From Candidatus Gottesmanbacteria bacterium (GTDB lineage: Bacteria; Patescibacteriota; Microgenomatia; UBA10105; UBA927): a DNA stretch of 64,000 nucleotides. Below are positions 50,492-59,619 of the stretch, piece after piece (position 1 is the stretch's first letter; each line of letters begins with the position of its first letter). Position numbers and translations under genes: made by a program. The notes beneath the pieces are model-generated. The model searched no databases. It saw nothing but the letters and a program-made list of their open reading frames with translations, and had not been told where the DNA came from. The DNA lies in NCBI GenBank assembly GCA_016218255.1, contig JACREN010000037.1, positions 1,514 to 65,513 on the forward strand. Direction: 5' to 3'.

Positions 50492-51164
50492 AAAATTCGG
50501 CCGCATAGGGATGTGGTGCACTTGTATGCTCATCGGCTCTTTGGCCGTTGTTTACATTGTGAACAGCATCTTCGACATCCGTACGATCGAAGTAATTAGC
50601 GGAAATGTCCTTCTGTCTATAAATGAAAAAGAGTTGCCCAGGAACCTATTGTTTTTTCCTTCGGAAAAACTCCGTATTCAATTGTTGCAGGAGAACCCGC
50701 TATTACATGATATTCAGATCCGGAAAAAATTTCCCCATACTTTAACCATCGAACCAATTCAGCGCATGGGTGCGGTTAGATTGGTACGGGGCGAACAGAC
50801 GGTCGTTCTGGATTGGCAGGGTGTTGTGATACCAGATACTGATGAGGCGGTTGCGCTCCCGAAAATTATTCAAAGCGGCGAGCCAGCACACATTGGCCAG
50901 AAGATAACGGATTATATAGTGCGTCAGAGTTTATTGTTTATTCAGCATCTGGACGCCCGATGGAGTGTGGATTTCGTTGAAATGAGAGATGAGGAGTCTT
51001 TCATTGTCCGAATCGGAAAAATAGACAGTGTAATTAGTCAAGACGCTGATATGAAGGTTATCGCGGCTACTTTACAAACGCTGCTCGAGGGGTTTAGAAT
51101 AAAAGGAACACTGCCCTCGGTTGTTGATCTTCGTTTCGACAAGCCGATTGTCACCTTTAACTGA
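50469..51164 (+). CDS. ftsQ: FtsQ/DivIB-like protein
   Basis: TM helix plus POTRA-like segment (IRKKFPHTLTI), C-terminal VDLRFDKP; lies between murG and ftsA. Confidence 0.75.
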   Translation: MYEKVLIRKFGRIGMWCTCMLIGSLAVVYIVNSIFDIRTIEVISGNVLLSINEKELPRNLLFFPSEKLRIQLLQENPLLHDIQIRKKFPHTLTIEPIQRMGAVRLVRGEQTVVLDWQGVVIPDTDEAVALPKIIQSGEPAHIGQKITDYIVRQSLLFIQHLDARWSVDFVEMRDEESFIVRIGKIDSVISQDADMKVIAATLQTLLEGFRIKGTLPSVVDLRFDKPIVTFN

Positions 51165-51165
51165 T

Positions 51166-52473
51166 ATGGCGCGCGACACCACAGTGTCCGGCATTGATGT
51201 CGGAACATCAAAAATTACCACATTGGTTGCCACAATTGGCGAAGAAGACGATGTACGGGTTATCGGCGTCGCTACGGTTGCGAGTAAAGGGCTCCGAAAA
51301 GGGCAGGTCGTCAATATAGAGGAAGCGACGCAGGCGATCTCTCAATCTCTGGAGTCAGCGGAGCGAATGGCTGGTGCATCAGTGGGCCGGGCGTTTGTTT
51401 CCGTGGGTGGTAGCCATATAGCCTCGCTAAACTCCCATGGTGTTGTTGCGGTGGCTGAGCCAGAGAAAGAAATTTCGGATAATGATGTAAAACGTGTTAT
51501 CGAAGCGGCAAAAGCAATTTCTCTTCCTTCATCCCGCGAAATACTTCATGTGCTTCCACGTGGGTATATTGTCGATAGTCAGGAAGGAATAATTGATCCG
51601 GTTGGTATGACAGGGGTACGTTTGGAAGTTGATACACATTTGGTAACCGGAGGTGCTACTGCAATTCGAAATTTGAGAAAATGTGTCGAGGAACTGGGTG
51701 TCGAGGTGGGGGGTATGGTTTTTGGGGGCCTTGCGTCTGCTGCTGCGACTCTATCGGATACAGAAAAAGAACTGGGAGTGGTCCTTATCGATATCGGAGG
51801 AGGTACAACCGATGTCGCAATTTTCATTGAAGGTGCGCTTTCCTATTCATCGGTAATTCCCATCGGCGCTATAAATATTACAAAAGATCTCGCGGCAGGG
51901 CTTCGGGTATCTCTTGAGAGTGCGGAAAAGATTAAATTGATGCTTGGTCAGTCTCCAAAAATGCCAGCAGTCGCTGACGATGACGAGGGGGCAACACGAA
52001 GTGCGGCAAAAGGTGATAAACAGGATGAAATGGATGTTTCTGATATGGGCTTACCTGAAGAACTCCGTACGGTTTCTAAAAAAACACTTATTGAGGGCAT
52101 TATTAAGCCAAGACTAAATGAGATTTTTACCATGGTTGGTTTGGAAATTAAGAGGAGCGGTTTTGGCGGCATGACGCCATCCGGTGTCGTAATTACCGGT
52201 GGAGGCGCTTTGACGGTAGGTGCAGTGGAATCGGCACGTCGTTGTCTTGCTATGTCTGTGCATATAGGTACTCCCAGAAAAATATCCGGTCTTATCGATG
52301 AAATTACGACTTCTCCGTTCGCTGCAAGTTGCGGTTTATTGCTGCACGGTAGAAAATTGGAGAAAGCGGAACAGAGTTCATTTTTGGGAGGAATTGGAAG
52401 ATTTGGAGATAGAGTGCAAATTAAAGGTATTGCAGGAAAGATGATTGATCTGGTAAAGTCGTTCTTGCCCTAA
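51166..52473 (+). CDS. ftsA: Cell division protein FtsA
   Basis: GIDVGTSKI, GLRKGQVV, AERMAG, DPVGMTGVRLE, IDIGGGTTD, VITGGG. Confidence 0.95.
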   Translation: MARDTTVSGIDVGTSKITTLVATIGEEDDVRVIGVATVASKGLRKGQVVNIEEATQAISQSLESAERMAGASVGRAFVSVGGSHIASLNSHGVVAVAEPEKEISDNDVKRVIEAAKAISLPSSREILHVLPRGYIVDSQEGIIDPVGMTGVRLEVDTHLVTGGATAIRNLRKCVEELGVEVGGMVFGGLASAAATLSDTEKELGVVLIDIGGGTTDVAIFIEGALSYSSVIPIGAINITKDLAAGLRVSLESAEKIKLMLGQSPKMPAVADDDEGATRSAAKGDKQDEMDVSDMGLPEELRTVSKKTLIEGIIKPRLNEIFTMVGLEIKRSGFGGMTPSGVVITGGGALTVGAVESARRCLAMSVHIGTPRKISGLIDEITTSPFAASCGLLLHGRKLEKAEQSSFLGGIGRFGDRVQIKGIAGKMIDLVKSFLP

Positions 52474-52525
52474 AAATTTTTGAAACACGAAGTGTTTGCT
52501 TCGCAAAAGCAAGAAATTTTTAGGG
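52468..52525. repeat. Branched inverted-repeat element at the ftsA-ftsZ junction
   Basis: ccctaaaaattt (52468-79) pairs with aaatttttaggg (52514-25), enclosing aaacac-gaa-gtgttt and gctt-cgcaa-aagc hairpins. Confidence 0.65.
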
Positions 52526-52571
52526 TGAACCCATAGTTTTTCTTCGGACTGCCCCCGAATGTTCAAATAGT

Positions 52572-53726
52572 ATGCTTATTAAGCCTGACATTGCCCGGTT
52601 TGCGAAAATTAAAGTCGTTGGCATTGGTGGTGGAGGCGGTAACGCGATTAATTCCATGATCAGTGTTAACCAGATTAGCGGTGTTGATTTTGTCTGTGTG
52701 AATACTGACGCACAGGCTTTGTTGACATGCAGTGCGCCGACTAAAGTTCAGATAGGTGAAAATCTTACCAGGGGGCTTGGCGCAGGAGGAAGTCCAGAGG
52801 TTGGCAGCCAGGCTGCCGAGGAGTCTCGAGAGAAGCTTAAGGAACATCTGCGCGATGCGGATATGGTTTTTCTGACGTGTGGCGAAGGTGGCGGAACCGG
52901 AACTGGCGCAACTCCGGTGATTGCGCAAATCGCAAAAGAATTGGGCGCTCTGACAATTGCTGTGGTAACCAAACCATTTCATTTCGAAGGTACTCGACGG
53001 ATGGTGACAGCGGAGGAGGGTATTGCAAATTTGAAAGACAAAGTGGATACACTGATTGTGATTCCCAATCAAAGACTTCTTGAGGTCATAGATAAAAAAA
53101 TGACGCTTTTGGAAGCGTTTCGGGTGACTGATTCCGTACTTGGTCAAGGTGTGCAAGGGATCGCCGATCTTATCACGATGCCTGGGCTTATAAATGTGGA
53201 TTTTGCCGACGTCCGTACGATCATGACCAATGCGGGGTCGTCGCTCATGGGTATTGGAACCGGTGTTGGTGAAAATCGGGCAGCAACAGCGGCTCGTACA
53301 GCGATTGCATCTCCACTTCTAGAGGTATCTATAGAAGGCGCAAAGGGTGTGCTTTTCAATATTACCGGGGGATCAGATTTGACTATGGCAGAAGTGGATG
53401 CAGCTGCGAAACAGATTGCGGAAGTGGTCGATCCCGACGCGAATATTATTTTTGGTGCAACCATTGACGATCAGATGGTGGATCAGGTGCGCATTACCGT
53501 CATTGCTACCGGGTTTGATGAAACGAAGCGTCGGTTAAAAGAATTGTCTGGTCGACCCGGCTATGGAGCCAATGTTGGAAGCCAGGGTATATTTACGAAG
53601 CCTGTGACGGCATCAAGTCAGCAAACGATTGCTCCGCAATCTAAACCGGTGCTGTCACCTGCAGATGACTTGCCGCCGGAAGAAGATGAATTCGATATCC
53701 CCGCGTTTCTACGACAGAGGAGTTAA
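52572..53726 (+). CDS. ftsZ: Cell division protein FtsZ
   Basis: GGGGGNA, NTDAQ, GGGTGTG tubulin signature, INVDFAD, C-terminal DIPAFLR. Confidence 0.97.
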   Translation: MLIKPDIARFAKIKVVGIGGGGGNAINSMISVNQISGVDFVCVNTDAQALLTCSAPTKVQIGENLTRGLGAGGSPEVGSQAAEESREKLKEHLRDADMVFLTCGEGGGTGTGATPVIAQIAKELGALTIAVVTKPFHFEGTRRMVTAEEGIANLKDKVDTLIVIPNQRLLEVIDKKMTLLEAFRVTDSVLGQGVQGIADLITMPGLINVDFADVRTIMTNAGSSLMGIGTGVGENRAATAARTAIASPLLEVSIEGAKGVLFNITGGSDLTMAEVDAAAKQIAEVVDPDANIIFGATIDDQMVDQVRITVIATGFDETKRRLKELSGRPGYGANVGSQGIFTKPVTASSQQTIAPQSKPVLSPADDLPPEEDEFDIPAFLRQRS

Positions 53727-53744
53727 ATGATAGTATAATGGGGT

Positions 53745-55193
53745 ATGCGACTCCCGTTAAAGATTCTTCTCGTTTGGATCATTGTTTTGACCATCCTTTA
53801 TTCCACGCTTTCTATTGTCCGTCACAATCATTTTCAGTCCGGTGGATTTGATTTGGGTATCTATGATCAGGCGGTGTGGCAGTACTCCCGCTTGCAGTGG
53901 CCGTACAATACGATAAAAGCAAGATTTATCCTTGGTGATCATCTCACGCTGACATTACCGCTCTTAGCTCCGCTCTTTTGGCTTTGGGAAGACGTACGGA
54001 TACTTCTTGTGTTTCAGGCGTTTTGGTTAAGCCTGTCTGCTTTTGCTGTGTATAAAATTGTTGAATTGCGGTGGCAACGTTATTCCGTGCAATGGGCGGC
54101 TCTTGCGATAAGTATAATATATAGTGTATTTCCCGGAATTCAATACGCAATATTTTTTGATTTCCACCCCGTCGTTATCGGTGTTGGGCTTTTGTTATGG
54201 ATTGCATATTTTTTGGAGGCTGGAAGGAAAAAATTACTGCGGTGTGCAATTGTATTACTCATATTGACTCAGGAAAACATGGGACTGGCTCTCGCAGGTC
54301 TCGGCGCAATCTATTTTTTTCAGAGAGCCCACCGCAAGGCAGCGACCCTTTTTATCATTGTAGGAATTGTATCGAGTTTGATCGCAGTGAAGATGATCGC
54401 GGCTATGTCCCCAAGCGGTTTTGAGTATCAACCGGTGTTCTCAAACAGTATTGTCGGATTTATCACACAATTATTTGATAACCCTGAAAAGCAGCAATCG
54501 TGGTTCTCATCGTTTGCGTGGTTCTCTTTTCTTCCATTTCTCTCTCCTGGGGCGTTTTTCGCCGTTTTATTGGATCTTTCTCAGTATTTTGCTACCGGTC
54601 CGGTATTTGTGCGTATGTGGAGTCCGTTTGCTCACCATCGGGCCATATTGGCTCCATTTTTAATTTTAGGCTTGTTGGATGCGTTGCATTATCTCATTGG
54701 TGTCCCGTCGAATAGAAAGAAAAGCGGAAAATGGATAGGTATAATCGCTGTGGTTTTATTTTGTTCGGCATTGATGCAACAATACCTATTTCACTATCCA
54801 TTAAACAAGATTGCAAAGGCTGAATATTGGCTGGAAGAACAGTGGATGCGCGATAACAGGGAATTGCTCAGACAGGTTCCGGTGGATGCCACGGCTGCAT
54901 CCCAACAAAGCCTGGTGCCACACCTGAGTCATCGCAAAGAAATGTATCTAATATACCCTGTAGAACATGACTATGATGATAAGCGGTGCGGACAGGCAAA
55001 ATGCTGGTGGCTGGATTTCGCCGGACAACCGGAGTATCTGATCGTGGATCTGCACCCGGGCCAGTGGTTGACACAATTACTTGAAACGAATGAGCATTTT
55101 GGTGAGGCCGTGGCAAATATGGAGAAGACAAAATCTATCACGCTGGTGCGAAATATCGGTAGTGCCCGGCTATACAGAATATTAAAGAAATAG
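53745..55193 (+). CDS. DUF2079-like GT-C membrane protein
   Basis: GFDLGIYDQAVW, LGDH, FDFHP, QEN, multiple TM segments, LVPHLSHR; TATAAT 5 nt upstream. Confidence 0.75.
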   Translation: MRLPLKILLVWIIVLTILYSTLSIVRHNHFQSGGFDLGIYDQAVWQYSRLQWPYNTIKARFILGDHLTLTLPLLAPLFWLWEDVRILLVFQAFWLSLSAFAVYKIVELRWQRYSVQWAALAISIIYSVFPGIQYAIFFDFHPVVIGVGLLLWIAYFLEAGRKKLLRCAIVLLILTQENMGLALAGLGAIYFFQRAHRKAATLFIIVGIVSSLIAVKMIAAMSPSGFEYQPVFSNSIVGFITQLFDNPEKQQSWFSSFAWFSFLPFLSPGAFFAVLLDLSQYFATGPVFVRMWSPFAHHRAILAPFLILGLLDALHYLIGVPSNRKKSGKWIGIIAVVLFCSALMQQYLFHYPLNKIAKAEYWLEEQWMRDNRELLRQVPVDATAASQQSLVPHLSHRKEMYLIYPVEHDYDDKRCGQAKCWWLDFAGQPEYLIVDLHPGQWLTQLLETNEHFGEAVANMEKTKSITLVRNIGSARLYRILKK

Positions 55194-55219
55194 ACACCAA
55201 GCAATAATTTTGTTATACT
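55191..55219 (+). promoter_or_regulatory. Sigma70 promoter TAGACA-17-TATACT (TG-extended) for the ileS leader
   Basis: tagaca ccaagcaataattttgt tatact. Confidence 0.65.
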
Positions 55220-55235
55220 TATAGGAGTGATTGAT

Positions 55236-55398
55236 GCTTGCGTTTGATCCCGGCCATCACCGGGAGAGCAGAACGAAGAAACCGAAAGGGAGTAGACCGT
55301 TCCGGGAAAGCCCGTGATAGCATTCAAAAAGAAGCAAAAAAGGTGGTACCACGAACATCCGTTCGTCCTTTATAATAGAAGGAGAGCGGTTTTTTTTT
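55236..55398 (+). promoter_or_regulatory. T-box riboswitch (Ile, AUC specifier)
   Basis: Stem I cccgg-ccATCa-ccggg; Stem II with GAA/AGTA; Stem IIA cggg-aaag-cccg; T-box aggTGGTACCACG at 55341-55353; antiterminator aagg/cctt and acgaac/gttcgt. Confidence 0.9.
55359..55398 (+). terminator. Intrinsic terminator (T-box expression platform)
   Basis: ccgttcgtcctt...aaggagagcgg hairpin followed by T9. Confidence 0.8.
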
Positions 55399-55404
55399 GA
55401 CGAT

Positions 55405-58233
55405 ATGAACACGCTAAGAGTAAATAATTTTCAGCAGAAACTCGATATTCCGAAAGCGGAACATGAAGTATTGGCCTATTGGGATGAAACGAATGCGTTT
55501 GAAAAATCTGTAGAGCAAAGGCCCGAGGATAAGCGGTACGTGTTTTATGATGGTCCCCCGTTTGCGACTGGGCTTCCTCATTACGGCCATATCCTTGCAT
55601 CGACAATAAAAGACGTTATTCCACGATACTGGACCATGAAGGGATATCGAGTCGAGCGGGTATGGGGATGGGATTGCCACGGAGTACCAATAGAAAACAT
55701 GATTGAGAAAGAGTTGGAGCTGAAAGGCGGAAAAAAAGGTATTGAAGAGCTTGGTATCGACAAATTTAATAGAGCGTGCCGATCGGCTATACTTCGATTT
55801 GATAAAGAGTGGGAAAAGATAATCCGCAGAATCGGCCGTTGGGTGGACTTCAAGAATTCGTACAAAACCATGGACAAAGACTATATGGAGTCTGTCTGGT
55901 GGGCTTTTAAAACGATGTATGAGAAGGGGTTTGTATATCAGGGAAGAAAAGTAATTCTGTATTGTCCTCGCTGTGCAACGCCCCTCTCCAATTTTGAAAT
56001 CGCCATGGACAATAGTTATAAGGACGTAGAAGATAACTCCGTTTTTGTAAAGTTCAAAGTCAAGGAAAAACAGAATGAGTATCTGATAGCCTGGACGACG
56101 ACGCCCTGGACTCTAATCGGTAATGTAGGACTGGCGGTAGACGCAAAAGCAGAATACGTACTGGTCAGAATAGAAAACGCGCATTATTGGATTGCAAAAT
56201 CACGCAAGGATGCAGTGCTTGGTGATATTGGAGTTGTCGAAAAAACTGTGGTCGGGTCGGCATTGGATGGTATTTCATATGAGCCCCTGTATACATATAT
56301 GCCCCTTGATGGAAAAAAAGCGCATTATGTGGCCGTGGCCGATTTTGTGTCTCTCGCTGATGGGACGGGCATCGTGCACACGGCAGCAATTTTTGGAGAA
56401 GACGATTATCGGTTAGCTGTGGAAAAGGATTTGCCGCGGGTGCCTACGCTAGACGAACAAGGAAAGTTTTTGGATTTTATCACTCCTCTAGCCGGCGTGT
56501 ATTATAAAAAATCTGAAACCTGGATTATGGGAGATTTAATAAAGCGGGGCTTCATGTATCGCGCAGAAAAAATTATCCATTCATATCCCTTTTGCTATCG
56601 TTGCGAGACGCCTCTCTATTATAACGCGGTTCCCGCTTGGTTTATTGATGTCCAAAAAATGAAAAGAGATTTATGCCAACAGAATGAGAATATCCATTGG
56701 TATCCGGATCATTTGAAGCATGGTCGATTTGGCAACGGGCTCTCTACTGCGCCGGATTGGAATATTTCGCGGTCGCGTTATTGGGGGACGCCGATGCCGG
56801 TATGGCAGAGTGTTGATGGCAAAACAAAACTTATTGGTTCACTCGCTGAACTAAAACAGTGGGCGGTCGATCCGGAAAAGGTTGATACTCTTACTGATAT
56901 TCACCGGGAGTTTCTTGATGATATAGAGGTGTGGATGGATGACGCAAAAACTATCAAGGGCAGAAGAATTCCTGAAGTTTTTGACTGTTGGGTGGAATCT
57001 GGTAGTATGCCCTACGCCTCGATTCATTACCCGTTCGCCAACAGGGATGTGTTTGAAAAAAGCCATCCGGCGCAATTTATTGCAGAATATATCGCACAAA
57101 CTCGTGCCTGGTTTTATACGTTGCACGTTATGTCCGTTGGACTTTTTGGCAAGTATACGTTTGAAAATGCGGTGACAACCGGTACTATTCTGGCAGAAGA
57201 TGGGACAAAGATGAGCAAATCGAAGAAAAATTATCCTGATCCCGCTTTACTATTTGAGCAATACGGTGTTGATGCATTGAGGTTCTATCTTATGGGTTCG
57301 GTCGTTATGAAAGCAGAGAATTTGAATTTTTCTGAATCTCAGGTTCGGGAAACATATCAAAAATTGATATCCACCGTATGGAATGTCTTTAGTTTTTATA
57401 AGCTCTATGCAGGTAATGCTGTACCAGGAGATGATGTGCCTGAGCCGGCGCACGTGTTGGATCGTTGGATCGTCGGTCAGACAGAATCGCTTATTTTAGA
57501 AGTTACTACCGCCCTGAATGTATATGACACTGCGTCTGCCTGTAGGGTAATTTTGGATTTTGTTACAGAACTTTCTACGTGGTACCTGCGAAGGAGCCGT
57601 GATCGTCTGAAGAATGATGAACTCGCCGTGTCCGTTTTTGGCTGGGTATTGATTCAGTTGGTGAAAGTAATGGCACCCTTGACGCCCTTTATAACCGAGC
57701 GCATTTATCAGAATTTAAAGGGTGATATGTCCGTTCATCTGACTACGTGGCCAGGAGCACGATTAAGCTCCGAAGCAAAAAACTCCACGCTGAATGACAA
57801 TATGCTGCTTGTTCGGCAGATTTGTGAACTTGGTCATGCGGCCAGAAAGGAAAAAGGTATTAAAGTACGGCAGCCGCTCCGTAGCTGTCAGCTGTCTGTT
57901 GTCAGCGGTCAGCTTGATGAAGAATTGCTTGCGCTCGTTAGAGAAGAGCTCAACGTTAAGAGTGTCGTTGTGCAAAAGGGCGATGGGGAGCTTGCCGTAA
58001 CATTGGATACAGATATCACACCTGATCTCGTTGCAGAGGGACAGGCTAGAGAACTCATACGGCAAATTCAAATGCTTCGGCGTGAGAAAGGGTGTAAAAT
58101 AGATGAGCGCATTAGTGTTCAGCTTCCCAATATATATGAAGGGTTACCTAAAGAACTGGCATCTATTATTCAAAAAGAGACACTGGCTGATGCTTTGACA
58201 TGGGGAGAGACGCTTTCCATTTTGACTGGTTAA
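55405..58233 (+). CDS. ileS: Isoleucine--tRNA ligase, type II
   Basis: FYDGPPFATGLPHYGH, GWDCHG, WTTTPWTL, GTGIVH, DWNISRSRYWGTP, KMSKS, VRQPL..ELNVK. Confidence 0.96.
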   Translation: MNTLRVNNFQQKLDIPKAEHEVLAYWDETNAFEKSVEQRPEDKRYVFYDGPPFATGLPHYGHILASTIKDVIPRYWTMKGYRVERVWGWDCHGVPIENMIEKELELKGGKKGIEELGIDKFNRACRSAILRFDKEWEKIIRRIGRWVDFKNSYKTMDKDYMESVWWAFKTMYEKGFVYQGRKVILYCPRCATPLSNFEIAMDNSYKDVEDNSVFVKFKVKEKQNEYLIAWTTTPWTLIGNVGLAVDAKAEYVLVRIENAHYWIAKSRKDAVLGDIGVVEKTVVGSALDGISYEPLYTYMPLDGKKAHYVAVADFVSLADGTGIVHTAAIFGEDDYRLAVEKDLPRVPTLDEQGKFLDFITPLAGVYYKKSETWIMGDLIKRGFMYRAEKIIHSYPFCYRCETPLYYNAVPAWFIDVQKMKRDLCQQNENIHWYPDHLKHGRFGNGLSTAPDWNISRSRYWGTPMPVWQSVDGKTKLIGSLAELKQWAVDPEKVDTLTDIHREFLDDIEVWMDDAKTIKGRRIPEVFDCWVESGSMPYASIHYPFANRDVFEKSHPAQFIAEYIAQTRAWFYTLHVMSVGLFGKYTFENAVTTGTILAEDGTKMSKSKKNYPDPALLFEQYGVDALRFYLMGSVVMKAENLNFSESQVRETYQKLISTVWNVFSFYKLYAGNAVPGDDVPEPAHVLDRWIVGQTESLILEVTTALNVYDTASACRVILDFVTELSTWYLRRSRDRLKNDELAVSVFGWVLIQLVKVMAPLTPFITERIYQNLKGDMSVHLTTWPGARLSSEAKNSTLNDNMLLVRQICELGHAARKEKGIKVRQPLRSCQLSVVSGQLDEELLALVREELNVKSVVVQKGDGELAVTLDTDITPDLVAEGQARELIRQIQMLRREKGCKIDERISVQLPNIYEGLPKELASIIQKETLADALTWGETLSILTG
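57883..57917 (+). repeat. Degenerate 7-mer tandem repeat (AGCTGTC-like x5) within ileS
   Basis: agctgtc agctgtc tgttgtc agcggtc agcttga (SCQLSVVSGQL). Confidence 0.7.
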
Positions 58234-59282
58234 CTGCACTATTATTGTTAGGCATCGGTTCGTTTGGACTTTTTATCCTCCTAACCATTGATAGATATCT
58301 TTTTTCTCAACAACTTGTGTATTTGGTTGCGGCAAGTATCATATTGGTCGTCGTTTCCAAAATTGACCGGGCGATACTGTGGTGGTTTGCTCCTGTTGGC
58401 TATATCATTGCGATACTTCTCGTTTTGTTGCCGTTTTTTGGTCCGAGCATTCGCGGAAGCCATCGCTGGATATTTGTTGGTGGTGTGCAACTGCTTCAGC
58501 CTTCGGAAATCATAAAACCGCTTCTTCTTCTTGCATTTGCGAGAACCATGGCGTCATTTTCGCCACGGAATATCCGAAATGTCCCACTGTTGATGATAGT
58601 ATTTATTATTCCTTTCTTGTTGGTATTCAGGCAACCAGATCTGGGGACATCGTTGGTTTATGGCGGTATGTGGTTAACCATGCTGGTGGCGTCCGGCGTA
58701 TCCATAATCTTGCTTGGGGCCGCGAGTGGAGGTATGGCGCTGCTGGCACCGATGCTGTGGCAACTCCTGGCCGCATATCAGAAGGCACGCATAACGACAT
58801 TTTTGAATCCCGCATTGGATCCTCGGGGCGCAGGATATAACGCGGTGCAGGCGGTGATTGCTGTGGGAAGCGGACAATTTTTTGGAAGAGGTTTGGGGCG
58901 AGGCACTCAGAGCCATTTACGTTTTTTGCCAGAATTTCATACTGATTTTATCTTTGCGACTCTTGTGGAGGAGCTGGGATTTTTGGGTGGAGTAGCGCTG
59001 TTATTGTGTTACGCATTTCTCTTATGGCGCATTATTGCGCCTCTCGTGCGTGGACGTGTACAGGACATATTTCATTTTGCCTATGCTGTAGGACTTTTTG
59101 CTATGCTTCTGGTTCAGATATTTATTAATGCTGGGATGAATATGGGTATCATACCGGTTACAGGAATCACACTGCCCTTCGTATCGTATGGAGGCAGTTC
59201 ACTTCTTTCCATCGCAATATCATTTGGCATTTTGTGGTCGCTTGCGCGTGAAAAGCGAGTTGGTGTGATTGCAATCCATTGA
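58200..59282 (+). CDS. rodA: SEDS protein RodA
   Basis: GSHRWI, QPSEIIK, QPDLGT, YQKARI..FLNP..DP.GAGYN, LPEFHTDFIF, TGITLPFVSYGGSS. Confidence 0.88.
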   Translation: MGRDAFHFDWLTALLLLGIGSFGLFILLTIDRYLFSQQLVYLVAASIILVVVSKIDRAILWWFAPVGYIIAILLVLLPFFGPSIRGSHRWIFVGGVQLLQPSEIIKPLLLLAFARTMASFSPRNIRNVPLLMIVFIIPFLLVFRQPDLGTSLVYGGMWLTMLVASGVSIILLGAASGGMALLAPMLWQLLAAYQKARITTFLNPALDPRGAGYNAVQAVIAVGSGQFFGRGLGRGTQSHLRFLPEFHTDFIFATLVEELGFLGGVALLLCYAFLLWRIIAPLVRGRVQDIFHFAYAVGLFAMLLVQIFINAGMNMGIIPVTGITLPFVSYGGSSLLSIAISFGILWSLAREKRVGVIAIH

Positions 59283-59304
59283 TTATCTTGGTACAATAGC
59301 ATAT

Positions 59305-59619
59305 ATGTTTGCCGTTGTTCGAATTGCCGGAAAGCAATATACCGTTCGGCCAGATCAAAAAATTCTGGTGGATTCTTTGGCGGGTGGAGAAGGTGACGCA
59401 GTGACGTTTGACGAAGTGCTTCTCTTGGTTGATGAGAAAAAGACTTCGGTAGGCACTCCGACCTTGAAAGATGTTTCGGTGCGGGCTAAAATTATAAAAC
59501 AGCAAAAAGGAGATAAGGTAGACGTATTGCGATATAAATCTAAGGTTCGACACAGAAGACATATAGGATTCCGGGCACACCTCACTGAGCTTCAGATTCT
59601 TGCAATCGGCAAGGCATGA
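59305..59619 (+). CDS. rplU: 50S ribosomal protein L21
   Basis: MFAVVRIAGKQY, VGTPTL, KGDKV, RRHIGFR; TGG-TACAAT 7 nt upstream. Confidence 0.93.
   Translation: MFAVVRIAGKQYTVRPDQKILVDSLAGGEGDAVTFDEVLLLVDEKKTSVGTPTLKDVSVRAKIIKQQKGDKVDVLRYKSKVRHRRHIGFRAHLTELQILAIGKA

Noticed and set aside
51553-51568. ttccacgtgg as a parS site
   Set aside because: Only the core matches, the outer arms are not palindromic, and it lies in conserved ftsA codons
52563-53156. 197-aa minus-strand ORF
   Set aside because: Antisense to highly conserved ftsZ
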